From Aeropyrum pernix K1 (lineage in GTDB: Archaea; Thermoproteota; Thermoprotei_A; Sulfolobales; Acidilobaceae): 32,000 nt of DNA. The stretch is taken from assembly GCF_000011125.1 (NCBI RefSeq), contig NC_000854.2, positions 120,001 through 152,000 on the forward strand. Direction: 5' to 3'. The stretch's first letter is position 1; every line of letters starts with the position of its first letter. Below the pieces are notes generated by a model, which was not told the origin of the DNA, did not search any database, and worked only from the letters and a program-made list of their open reading frames with translations. A program made the translations under genes and the position numbers. This document shows positions 1 to 8,431 of the stretch, in pieces.

Positions 1-169
1 GAACGACCACCTTGAGGCTATACCTAATGAAAGGATTATTGCAAGACTGACCATTAGCGAGTTTACCGGCCTAGTTATCTCGATAGCAGCCTTCACCTTT
101 TCCCGGGCACTCGCCAATCTAGGCCCCAGAGAATGTGGAGCCCTCGGTTAGAAGCTTTTACTATTTTAG

Positions 170-1858
170 ATGCTAACCCGATCAATGGTATTGGTAAATG
201 AAGCGTGGTGGGTGGAGCCGTTGCCCGTACACTGGGTCGATAAGCTTGTTGCGGAGTTAGAGGCGAAGCTCCAGAATAGGGGTAAGGACGAGTATATCTT
301 CAACGGCGGTCTAAGCGTTAGCGGGCTCCAGCACATAGGGAGGCTAAGGGGCGAGGTCCTCCTTGGGGAGGCAGTCAGGAGAGAGCTTGAGAAGAGAGGC
401 TTCAGAGTTAAGCAGCTTCTAACACTGTACACAGTAGATCCCTGGAAAGGGAAGGATGAACAGAGGAGGGAATTCCCCGATCCGAAGGCTGCAGAGAGAT
501 ATGTGGGCTGGCCTCTTGATAGGGTGCCAGATCCTAAGGGCTGCCATGCTAGCTGGGTCGACCACTTCTGGAGCGACTTCGGGCCATATATAGGAGTCTT
601 TACCGACGGCAAGATAGAGGTGGTTACAACACGAGAATTGTACAAGGGCAGGCTGAAAGAATTCATAACCACCATGGTGCTGCCCCGCAGGGATGAAATA
701 AGGAGGGTTATAAACAAGTATAGGGGGCGTAAGCCCTACCAGGAGGGGTGGATACCCCTCGAGCCGCGGTGTGCACGCTGCGGCAGGATAGACTCAACCG
801 AGGCTCTAGAGATTCTAGGGGGAGAGAGGGTTAGGTACAGGTGCAGCTACTGCGGCTACCAAGGTGAGTCGAGCATTGAGGATTCTAAGCTAAACTGGAG
901 GATAGAGTGGGCTGGCGTCTGGTGGAGCCTCGGAGTCGATTTCGAACCCTACGGTAAGGACCACGCAACACCCGGCGGAAGCAGGGATAGCGCAGCCGAG
1001 CTGGCCAGGCTTCTGGGGTTCGAGCCGCCGGAGGGTGTGTGGTACGAGTGGGTATCCCTTAGGGCTGGGGGTAGAGAGGCTGACATGAGCAGCAGCGGCT
1101 TCACGGGAATAACTCCCCGGGAGTGGCTTGACATAGCACACCCCCAGATCCTAAGGTTCATATACTTTCTGCATCCGCCGACTAGGCGGGTAGTAGTCGA
1201 CCTGTCAGAGATCCCAAGCTATTATAGCCAGTACTATAGGGCTGAGAGGATATACTTCGGCATAGAGGAGGCCTCTACGGTTGAGGAGACGAGATACCTA
1301 GCTAGGACCTACGAGCTTAGCCATCCCTCGAACCCCCCCGCGAAGCCTCCCTCACAGATCCCATACAGCCACGCAGCAATAGTTGCGCAGGTGGTCGGCC
1401 CTGAAAGGCTGTGGACCGATGGTCTCGAGAGGCTTAAGAGGGCAGGCCTTCTGGGCCATGACGAGTATAGCATCCGGTGGGCAAAAGAGCTACTCGAAAA
1501 GGCCTACAAATGGGCTAGGAGATATGCGCCTAAGCACCTAAAGTTCGAGATACCTGACTCGCCTCCCGAGGATGCATTAAGGAGGATAGAAAAGCCCGAC
1601 TTGCTTGAGAAGCTGGCGGAGGTCCTCGAGAGTGTTGAGGAGTGGAGTGAGGAAAGGATAAAGCAGGCCTTAGTGGAGTTTGGTGAGGGCATGAGTAGTA
1701 GTGAGAGGAGAAGGTTCTACAGGGACTTCTACCTAGCCATCGTAGGGAGGCCGGAGGGGCCCAGGGCGGCCCCTCTACTGAGTCTTATGGATCGCGGATT
1801 CGTTGTTGACAGGCTCAGGAAGGCGGCTAACCTGTCGAGGGAGCTAAAAGGTAGGTAA
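170..1858 (+). CDS. lysS: Lysine--tRNA ligase, class I (archaeal type)
   Basis: 562-aa ORF with a HIGH-type signature (LQHIGRLRGE) and a KMSKS-type loop (ADMSSSGF). It also carries a CxxC...CxxC insertion (CARCG...CSYCG). Length and layout are typical of class I LysRS. Confidence 0.85.
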   Translation: MLTRSMVLVNEAWWVEPLPVHWVDKLVAELEAKLQNRGKDEYIFNGGLSVSGLQHIGRLRGEVLLGEAVRRELEKRGFRVKQLLTLYTVDPWKGKDEQRREFPDPKAAERYVGWPLDRVPDPKGCHASWVDHFWSDFGPYIGVFTDGKIEVVTTRELYKGRLKEFITTMVLPRRDEIRRVINKYRGRKPYQEGWIPLEPRCARCGRIDSTEALEILGGERVRYRCSYCGYQGESSIEDSKLNWRIEWAGVWWSLGVDFEPYGKDHATPGGSRDSAAELARLLGFEPPEGVWYEWVSLRAGGREADMSSSGFTGITPREWLDIAHPQILRFIYFLHPPTRRVVVDLSEIPSYYSQYYRAERIYFGIEEASTVEETRYLARTYELSHPSNPPAKPPSQIPYSHAAIVAQVVGPERLWTDGLERLKRAGLLGHDEYSIRWAKELLEKAYKWARRYAPKHLKFEIPDSPPEDALRRIEKPDLLEKLAEVLESVEEWSEERIKQALVEFGEGMSSSERRRFYRDFYLAIVGRPEGPRAAPLLSLMDRGFVVDRLRKAANLSRELKGR

Positions 1859-2639
1859 CCCTACTGCCGTCCGGCGACTTGAACACCATCTTCAAAGGCT
1901 TGTCGGTGGAGAACGACAGCTCTATGCTCTCAGCTATCTTAGCCACACCAAGCATCCTCTTCAAGTAGCCCACGTCGTACCTGCTTGTGGCCGGCTCCTT
2001 AACCTCAAGGTCTATCAGGGCGGGGCTCTCCCTAGTTAGCCTGGTCTCTACCCTTCTCCTCTCAGGACCTACACTCCTTATGGAAAGATAATCCTCGCCA
2101 GCGTCGAACTCCACAATATCTCCCACAAGCTCGACATCACGCAGTGTTTTCTTAACAACGTCAGCTATAACAGTGGCGGTGGCGTCGAACTCGAGGGAGA
2201 TATCCTCAGGAACATCCACTATAACTTCAAGATTGGGGAGAAGATACCTCCTCAGGACAACGCTCTCGACGATGAACAGGACTTTATCCTCCCTAACCCT
2301 TACCTCCAGCTGGTCACCCTTCTTTGCCCTCGCCACTACACCCTTAAGAGTCTCCATGTTAACGCCTAGCTCCACACGCTCGACATCCCCAGCCATGTAG
2401 AAGTCGAAGAATGATGAAGACGGTATTTCTATGTCGACTAATGCAACCCTCGCCGGATCCATGCCTCTAAGCCTCAGACCCTCTCCTGTTATTATAAACA
2501 GGCCCTCGTCCAGGATTTTAGACACGCTGTCTACTAGTTCCTTAAACACCTTAGCCTCGTATCTAAACATAGCCTTATAATCGGTAAACTCTGAGTCTAG
2601 GGTGGCCTCAGAGGACACAATAGAGCACCCCAATTCCAA
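1827..2639 (-). CDS. pcn: DNA polymerase sliding clamp (PCNA)
   Basis: Core sequence MFRYEAKVFKELVDSVSKILDEGLFIITGEGLRLRGMDPARVALVDIEIP and C-terminal TYLLAPSTG are classic archaeal PCNA. The true start may be the internal ATG at 2570 (MFRYEA...). A TATA-like box at about 2680-2688 is compatible with 2639. Confidence 0.85.
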   Translation of the reverse strand: MELGCSIVSSEATLDSEFTDYKAMFRYEAKVFKELVDSVSKILDEGLFIITGEGLRLRGMDPARVALVDIEIPSSSFFDFYMAGDVERVELGVNMETLKGVVARAKKGDQLEVRVREDKVLFIVESVVLRRYLLPNLEVIVDVPEDISLEFDATATVIADVVKKTLRDVELVGDIVEFDAGEDYLSIRSVGPERRRVETRLTRESPALIDLEVKEPATSRYDVGYLKRMLGVAKIAESIELSFSTDKPLKMVFKSPDGSRVTYLLAPSTG

Positions 2640-2823
2640 TTGTGGACGCAGCTAGGCTAAATAAGGGAGGCTCCACTATATAATCAAGCTGGGTGCACCG
2701 GGGCCCGATGAAGAGTACGCCATCGCCCGACGGACTCTTTCCAGCCGTGGGGGAAGCCTGTCCCCCTTGAGGGTCCCGGAGGGTCTGGTATGTTCGCTAA
2801 TTTTCTGGAAGTCTGCGGAGATG

Positions 2824-4245
2824 CTACCTGTATGTCTCTGCTCTCTCCTTCTTCGCTAGGATATAATATGGACTCTCTAGAATGATGCCTTCCCTCTGCT
2901 TAACAGGGGCTAGGCACCCTGTAGACATGAAGGATCCTGGAGTTGGAAGTTTACCTTCACCGGGTAGAGGGTCCACATATATCTCCCGCCCTGCCAGCCT
3001 TTCGCCGAGTGTTCTTAGCCCGGGTGAGTCCATGTGGAATGCTAGGATCTCACTTGCCCCTGTCATGGCAGCTATGCTTGCGGCCTCTTCAGGGCTAGAG
3101 ACGTATACTATTGGCAAAACAGGGAATCTGGGATCCCTGGAAAGAACTATCGGATCCTTAACTACACCCTCGACCACTGAGGGCCAGACATAGCGTCCAT
3201 TCCTTTTGTACCCTGTTGGCACCACGCCCCCCATACCCTCGATATAGTTAACGTACCTCTCAGACGCTTCAGCTAGACCAGGCTTTATTAGCGGGCCCAT
3301 GGCCGTAGAAGGGTCTGTGGGGTCGCCGACCCTCAAAGACTCAGCAGCATCGACAAGCGCGTCTACCTCACCTCTGGAGAGTCTTCCAATAGCTATTACC
3401 CAGCCTATGCTGCCGCAGGCTTGGCCCGCGTGGAGGGACCTCCCGTACATGATGAACTTGGCTATGACATCGTCGACAGAGCCGGCTGAGACTATTGCCG
3501 CTGATCTCCCCCGGCTAGCTGAGATACCCGCTCTTGCAACGGCGGCTTTGGAAGGGCATGTAAAGGCTATCGACTCTGATCTGAACACCCTGGACAGCCC
3601 TAGCAGGGACGCGCCAGTAGTAAACACCAGGTTTAGGCTATCCTCCATACCAAGGCGGGACGCGGCTGCAGCAACCAAAGCAGGAGCCAGCGGCGCCTTC
3701 CGAGGAGGTTTAAGCAAAACACCCATACCCCTCCCTGCAGCGTAGAAGAGAGAGTATACCGTGTTGTAGAGGGGCATAGTGTAGTCGGGCATAGCAACTA
3801 GTACACCACGGAACCTCTCCTCACCTAGCCCCGCCGAGGACCTCAAAAGCCTGAGGGAGGCTTCAACCTCAAGCCTAGCCTCAACCCTAGTCTTCCCCGT
3901 GTCCAGCACAAGAGTTTCGACAAGAATCTCATCCATATCCGAAAGCTCAGCCTCGAGAGCCTCAAGAGAATCCGGCAGTACAGGCTCCTGGGGGGAAACT
4001 TCCCAGAGACTAGGAGAGACGCCGTGCTCCGACACAGGCGCCTTCAACATAGCCGCGTAGGCAAGCCTGCTACCGTCTATAGGCGTGTCTATGCTGAGAG
4101 TCTCCACACCCTCTACAAACCTGCCCCCAACAATACTGTGGAGAACGGGCAAACCCGCTCTCTCGTCGACCGAGAAGCCATAAGACTCTATAGCCTTGAA
4201 GTATGACCTGAGCACCCTACTCTTCTCCAAGACGCAGGACCTCAA
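2824..4245 (-). CDS. Aldehyde dehydrogenase-fold protein (divergent, Glu general-base motif missing)
   Basis: 473-aa ORF. GQACGS aligns with the ALDH catalytic-Cys motif (GQxC). FTTGASLLG aligns with the FTGSTxxG NAD motif, and a KP-containing segment follows the PW/N region. The ELGGK motif 25 residues upstream is replaced by ISASRGRSAA. TTG start, so the start is uncertain. Confidence 0.6.
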   Translation of the reverse strand: MRSCVLEKSRVLRSYFKAIESYGFSVDERAGLPVLHSIVGGRFVEGVETLSIDTPIDGSRLAYAAMLKAPVSEHGVSPSLWEVSPQEPVLPDSLEALEAELSDMDEILVETLVLDTGKTRVEARLEVEASLRLLRSSAGLGEERFRGVLVAMPDYTMPLYNTVYSLFYAAGRGMGVLLKPPRKAPLAPALVAAAASRLGMEDSLNLVFTTGASLLGLSRVFRSESIAFTCPSKAAVARAGISASRGRSAAIVSAGSVDDVIAKFIMYGRSLHAGQACGSIGWVIAIGRLSRGEVDALVDAAESLRVGDPTDPSTAMGPLIKPGLAEASERYVNYIEGMGGVVPTGYKRNGRYVWPSVVEGVVKDPIVLSRDPRFPVLPIVYVSSPEEAASIAAMTGASEILAFHMDSPGLRTLGERLAGREIYVDPLPGEGKLPTPGSFMSTGCLAPVKQREGIILESPYYILAKKERAETYR

Positions 4246-4411
4246 AAATAGATAGTACCCTCTAGGAGGAAATAGGCTTGCACGCTATCTCGTGGTACTA
4301 AAAATCAGGCCTCCACTCCACCTACGGATCGCCGCGCCGGCCAGGCGTGTGACGCCCAGGCCGTAGTTAGCGTGCAATACTGAATCTAGGATCCGGCTCG
4401 TGGAAAGCACT

Positions 4412-5008
4412 CTAAACCTCCTCTAAACTGCCCTCAGCCCTAGCTAGCGCTACAGCCATAGCGAAGAGAGCATCGCTTGCCCTGTTGACTATCCTCAATA
4501 TGAGGGGGTCCACAGAAACGCCGCTCCTCATCGCAGTAACAAGCCTTCGCTCCGCCCGCCTGACAGCTGCTCTCGCCGCATGAATCGCTGCGACCTTGGA
4601 ACTTCCAGCTGGCAGGACGAACCTGCGCAGGGGTTCACCGTAGTAACTGTCTGCCATACTTTCAAGCTTTTTGAGATCCTCCTCTCCGACCCTGGGCTCT
4701 GTTGATGAGAAGGTGAAGCCAATGTTGAACAGGAGTCTTTGCATCCATTTTAAGTCGTTGTCAATGCTACCTTCTAACCCCTCTCCGGATAGGAAGCTCC
4801 TGGCCAGGCCTATGAGGCTGTTCGCCTCGTCTAGAGTCCCAAGGAATTCTATGAGCGGGTGATCCTTTGGTACCCTAACAGGCTTCCTTCCCTCCCCCAG
4901 GGCGAAGCACCATGTCTCTCCTGAATCCCCCGTTCTAGTGTAGAGGCTGCCCACCTTCAAAACCCCCAAATAGTCCACTATAATCTCAATATTGATTAGT
5001 GCTTTCAA
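4412..5008 (-). CDS. ATP:cob(I)alamin adenosyltransferase, PduO/MMAB type
   Basis: The N-terminal signature LYTRTGDSGET matches the PduO-type motif (YTRTGDxGxT). The rest is helical-bundle-like. TTG start at 5008; an alternative GTG lies about 18 codons in. Confidence 0.75.
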   Translation of the reverse strand: MKALINIEIIVDYLGVLKVGSLYTRTGDSGETWCFALGEGRKPVRVPKDHPLIEFLGTLDEANSLIGLARSFLSGEGLEGSIDNDLKWMQRLLFNIGFTFSSTEPRVGEEDLKKLESMADSYYGEPLRRFVLPAGSSKVAAIHAARAAVRRAERRLVTAMRSGVSVDPLILRIVNRASDALFAMAVALARAEGSLEEV

Positions 5009-5062
5009 GCTTCTTAACTCAACCAGCAGGATCAGGGCATCACTTGCAATGATTTATAGGGG

Positions 5063-5186
5063 TGGAGCCGCCGGCGGGATTCGAACCCGCGACCACCGGC
5101 TGTCCCGGGGGCTCCACTTCTGGCGGGTGGACGACCTCGGAGCTAGCCCGTACGAGGCCGGCGCTCTACCGCTGAGCTACGGCGGC
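5063..5186 (-). tRNA. tRNA-Thr(CGU) with a 49-nt intron at the canonical 37/38 position; CCA encoded
   Basis: The minus strand reads GCCGCCG-TA-GCTC-AGCGGTA-GAGC-G-CCGGC-CTCGTA-[49 nt]-A-GCCGG-TGGTC-GCGGG-TTCGAAT-CCCGC-CGGCGGC-T-CCA. All four stems pair. Inferred exons are 5186..5151 and 5101..5063, with the intron at 5150..5102. Confidence 0.85.
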
Positions 5187-5248
5187 CCTCATCCTTGGGT
5201 TTACACTTATTCATCCGAGGGTTTAAGGGTTATCTATGGGTAGTCTAG

Positions 5249-5635
5249 ATGGAGAGTGGATCGTGGAGGCCACCCTTCTCGACAGGCAAGATCGTGGGGA
5301 ACTATGGCCTCCTCAAACTCTACCTTGAGGTTGCCAGGGAGAAGGGAAGGAGGGATCTAGTTGATAAGGCTTTAATCTCAGAGGACGATGTAGATATGCT
5401 GCGCAGACTCTCGGCCTCACCAGGAGCTACTGCAGAGGACTTTGTTAACGCCCTAGAAGAGAGGTTCGTAGAAAGGGTTGACCCGGAAGTAGCCTCGGAG
5501 GCCCTCGCCCGAGCCGGCATTAACGTTGACGGAGATACTGCAAGGAGAATGATAGCTAGGATACTCGCGGGGTGGCTAGTGGAGATGGGGGAGGAGATGA
5601 AGCTGTACAGGCTCAGAAGGTCATGGGAGGACTAG
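5249..5635 (+). CDS. Hypothetical protein (helical, acidic)
   Basis: 128-aa ORF with no competing ORF of better quality. I recognise no motif. Confidence 0.45.
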   Translation: MESGSWRPPFSTGKIVGNYGLLKLYLEVAREKGRRDLVDKALISEDDVDMLRRLSASPGATAEDFVNALEERFVERVDPEVASEALARAGINVDGDTARRMIARILAGWLVEMGEEMKLYRLRRSWED

Positions 5636-6015
5636 GGGTTGGCTAGGCGGGCGCTTCTCCTAACTCCCGCCAGCCTCATTCTCGCTACACTCTCCTCCAG
5701 CGCTTCCGCCAGAAGTCTTCCCGGGAGTCTCTCCTCGATTATCCAGTTTACTAGGCTCCTAATACTCTCCGCGAGGTCCTCTGATATAGCTATAGCTATC
5801 TCCTCCTTCTCCTCTCTAGACGCAATTTCCAGGGCCTTTGCCACGGTCTTGTCGCTAGGGTGGGTGGCCCCGGAGATGTATTTCGCTATAGCCGCTGGAG
5901 TTACCCCGAGTTCGCTGGCCAGCTCGCGGTATGTCCTGGTAGAGAGTAGTATCGCTATTATCTTCCTCCTCGTCTCCTTACCAAGCATGTGGACGAACAG
6001 CAGACCCTCTTCCAA
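5632..6015 (-). CDS. Putative HTH transcriptional regulator
   Basis: 127-aa ORF. TYRELASELGVTPAAIAKYISGATHPS has a helix-turn-helix pattern of the XRE/MarR-like archaeal small-regulator type. Confidence 0.5.
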   Translation of the reverse strand: MEEGLLFVHMLGKETRRKIIAILLSTRTYRELASELGVTPAAIAKYISGATHPSDKTVAKALEIASREEKEEIAIAISEDLAESIRSLVNWIIEERLPGRLLAEALEESVARMRLAGVRRSARLANP

Positions 6016-6079
6016 GGGAGTCTCTACACCTATGAGTAGTCGGGCCGCGAGGATGTTTTTAGGGGAAAAGTAGTGTAGT

Positions 6080-7303
6080 CTAGCTTAACACCTCTTTAAC
6101 CAGCTTTGAGAGTATAGATATCCCCTCCGGTATCTCCTCCTCAGTGTTGAAGCTGTAGCTGAGCCTAGCAGTATTCCTGCCCGCACCAGGCGTCACGTGA
6201 AACGCGTCGCCAGGCACGTATGCCACACCCCTCTCCACGGCTTTTGGCATTAAAGCCCGCATGTCCACAGGCCCGTTTATCCTGAGGAATATGAAGAACC
6301 CTCCAATAGGCTTCGTCCACGTCGCCACTCCGCTCATGTTCTCCTCGAGAGACTCGATCATGATATCTCTCTTCCTGCGGTAGATAGATACGGCCCTCGA
6401 GATCACCTTATCCACAATCCCCCTCTCAAGAGCCTCCGCCGCTATATACTGGTCGAGAGTGCTCGTGTGAAGATCTACTATCTGCTTCAGAAGCTCTATC
6501 CTAGCCGTGACCTCAGACGGGGCAAGGGTTAGGCCAAGCCTCAGGCCCGGTGCCAGTATTTTGCTGAAGGTTGTCACATAGACAACCCTACCTTCAGAGT
6601 CGAGCGCCTGTAGAGGCACCTCTTCGCCCGTCTTCTCGAAGGCTATGTGGCTATAGGGGTCATCCTCTATCACCAGCATGTCATAGTTTGAGGCCAGCTG
6701 AAGCAGTTCCCGCCTCCTATCAAGCGGCATTGTAGTGCCGTTAGGATTGTTGCATGTAGGGTTAGTGTAGACAAGCTTCGGCTTAACCCCCTCAGCATCT
6801 AGCCTGTCAAGAGTTTCAGCCAGCACGCCCGTGTTGAGGCCCTTATCGTCTACTGGTACTGGAACTATCCTAGCTCCAAGTGCTTTGAACACGTTTATAG
6901 CGGCCAGATAGCCGGGCTCCTCCATAATGACCACGTCGCCCGGAGACAGAGTGGACAGGGCTGTCAGGAAGAGGGCCTCCTGGCTCCCAGTAGTAACCAG
7001 TAGCTGCCTATCACTAGTCTTCAAGCCCATACGCTCAAGAAACGAGAGAGCCCTCTCCCTAAAGATGGAGACTCCCGGTGTAGGGCTGTACTGGAGAGCC
7101 TTATCGCCAAGCTCGGAGACAACATTCCTAGCTATATCAGCCAGCTCCTCAGCTGGGAAAACCCTGGGGTCGGGAAGTCCACCTGCGAAGCTTATGACTC
7201 TCTTGCCCTCAGTAAGCTTGAGAAGCTCTCTCACGTCAGACGCTCTGAAACGCCTTGTAATCTCTGAGAAAAGCCTGTCGTAATCTACCATGTCGCTGCG
7301 CAC
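6080..7303 (-). CDS. PLP-dependent aminotransferase, class I/II (2-aminoadipate/aromatic aminotransferase-like)
   Basis: 407-aa ORF with the PLP-lysine motif TFSKILAPGLRLG (SxSKxxxxxGxRxG). It also has NPTCNNPNG (the NPxNPTG-type motif) and ATG at 7303 with a TATA-like box about 30 nt upstream. Confidence 0.8.
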   Translation of the reverse strand: MRSDMVDYDRLFSEITRRFRASDVRELLKLTEGKRVISFAGGLPDPRVFPAEELADIARNVVSELGDKALQYSPTPGVSIFRERALSFLERMGLKTSDRQLLVTTGSQEALFLTALSTLSPGDVVIMEEPGYLAAINVFKALGARIVPVPVDDKGLNTGVLAETLDRLDAEGVKPKLVYTNPTCNNPNGTTMPLDRRRELLQLASNYDMLVIEDDPYSHIAFEKTGEEVPLQALDSEGRVVYVTTFSKILAPGLRLGLTLAPSEVTARIELLKQIVDLHTSTLDQYIAAEALERGIVDKVISRAVSIYRRKRDIMIESLEENMSGVATWTKPIGGFFIFLRINGPVDMRALMPKAVERGVAYVPGDAFHVTPGAGRNTARLSYSFNTEEEIPEGISILSKLVKEVLS

Positions 7304-7387
7304 CGTAATGTAATATTGTAAAGAAGGGAATCTATAACGGTATCTCCGGGAGAATTTATACCCGACTCACTTGGAGGCTTGAATGTC

Positions 7388-8428
7388 CTACCACAGGGTT
7401 TTCCTGAGGCCCAGGCTCCCGTCAGTGGCCTTCAAGGTTTCGTCCAGGGTTAGAGGGGACGAGGCAACAGCCCTTATGGCATCTATATTTTCCGGCACGA
7501 CGATAGACTCCTGGTGTACCGCCTGGAACAACATAACTTCCCTCCCATCCACAGCAACGCTCTCCTCAAACACTACGAGCTCGGGTATATCATAGCCCAT
7601 CCTCGATAACCTAGCTGCGTCTACGAGCTGCGACGTCGACTTTATACCAGTGTCACCACTGCTAACTAGCATTATACGGGGGGCGGATGCCAGGGTTTCA
7701 AGCACCTCCCTCTTTTCAACAGGCTTTGCCAATTTCAGGGTAACGTGGTGCATATGCATGAACGTTGTTGGCACTGCTACGGCGGCAGTTTTTATGTCAA
7801 GCCAGGGTAGCACTGTTCTTACGTCTACAGCGTGGTGGCTGGGGAGGGTCGGTGGGTTAAGAACAATAGAGTCTATAGGCCCCTTCTTAACCTCCTTAGG
7901 ATCTGCTCCCCTCCTCACGAGAACGGCCCTGACACTCTCGACCCCGAACTCCCTGTTCAGGGTGCATATAAGCCTTAGAAGGCCGGTGGTATTGCATGAC
8001 ACGACCCGAAGGCTCCCCCTTCCCTTGCTCTCCTCGTAGTTGCAGAGGGTGCTGAAGCTGGCCTCGGCAACCTCAGGCTTCTCCCCGCCCTGGTATACCT
8101 GCTTAACACCCGCCTCCCTGTAGAGGGGCTTGTTCTTCGCTCCCTGGCCCTCCGGCGTGGCGTCGACGACAACGTCAACCCGGGCGAGGAGCTCTCTGAG
8201 GGTGCCTCCCACCTTTATGCCGCGTTTCTCAAACTCCTCTGCTTCCTTAGCAGTAGGTGTGTAAATCGGTATCCCCCTGGACGCGGCGTAGAGGGCGGCA
8301 TAGTCCGGGGTCCTCTTAACAACGCCCACAAGCTTCATGTCCTTTTGAAGTGTTATTGCGAGGGCCACCCTCCTGCCTATAGTGCCGAAACCGTTCACAC
8401 CGACTTTAACTACAGACATGAGCGACAC
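7388..8428 (-). CDS. gap: Glyceraldehyde-3-phosphate dehydrogenase, archaeal type
   Basis: VGVNGFGTIGRRVA Rossmann N-terminus and catalytic VVSCNTTGL. The ORF is 346 aa and lies 3 nt downstream of pgk. Confidence 0.9.
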   Translation of the reverse strand: MSLMSVVKVGVNGFGTIGRRVALAITLQKDMKLVGVVKRTPDYAALYAASRGIPIYTPTAKEAEEFEKRGIKVGGTLRELLARVDVVVDATPEGQGAKNKPLYREAGVKQVYQGGEKPEVAEASFSTLCNYEESKGRGSLRVVSCNTTGLLRLICTLNREFGVESVRAVLVRRGADPKEVKKGPIDSIVLNPPTLPSHHAVDVRTVLPWLDIKTAAVAVPTTFMHMHHVTLKLAKPVEKREVLETLASAPRIMLVSSGDTGIKSTSQLVDAARLSRMGYDIPELVVFEESVAVDGREVMLFQAVHQESIVVPENIDAIRAVASSPLTLDETLKATDGSLGLRKTLW

Positions 8429-8431
8429 CCC

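Noticed and set aside
1-151. Possible gene fragments at the left edge. A plus-strand frame-2 ORF is open from the edge to TAG at 149-151 (...LVISIAAFTFSRALANLGPRECGALG*). A minus-strand frame is also open from 147 to the edge, with possible starts at TTG 117, GTG 96 and ATG 54.
   Set aside because: Both strands are open, each has under 50 codons and there is no recognisable motif. I cannot decide which, if either, is real.
166-717. Long antisense or alternative-frame ORFs throughout the track. Examples are 166..717, 3299..3745, 5639..6073, 7650..8039, 9222..9698, 9960..10364, 16827..17225, 17309..17641, 19881..20306, 21064..21648, 26767..27138, 27038..27388 and 31017..31412.
   Set aside because: Each is embedded opposite or out of frame with a gene that has clear family signatures. 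Their translations are Ser/Pro/Arg/Leu-rich with no motifs, as expected for shadow ORFs in GC-rich sequence.
2707-2770. C/D-like string upstream of pcn: GAUGAAGA - 12 nt - CCGA ... UUGA, plus two small hairpins (AAGAGT/ACTCTT and GGGGGA/TCCCCC).
   Set aside because: There is no credible C' box, the D'-D distance is 36 nt (too long), and both terminal boxes are degenerate. The hairpins may simply belong to the ALDH-like gene's 3' UTR.
4275-4403. 42-codon GTG-initiated ORF on the minus strand in the adenosyltransferase/ALDH spacer.
   Set aside because: It is short, starts with GTG, has no SD or TATA in a suitable position, and coincides with the GC hairpin plus T5 tract, which explains the region better.
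4992-5243. 83-aa plus-strand ORF from the track.
   Set aside because: It lies antisense across the intron-containing tRNA-Thr gene (5063-5186). It is a shadow ORF.
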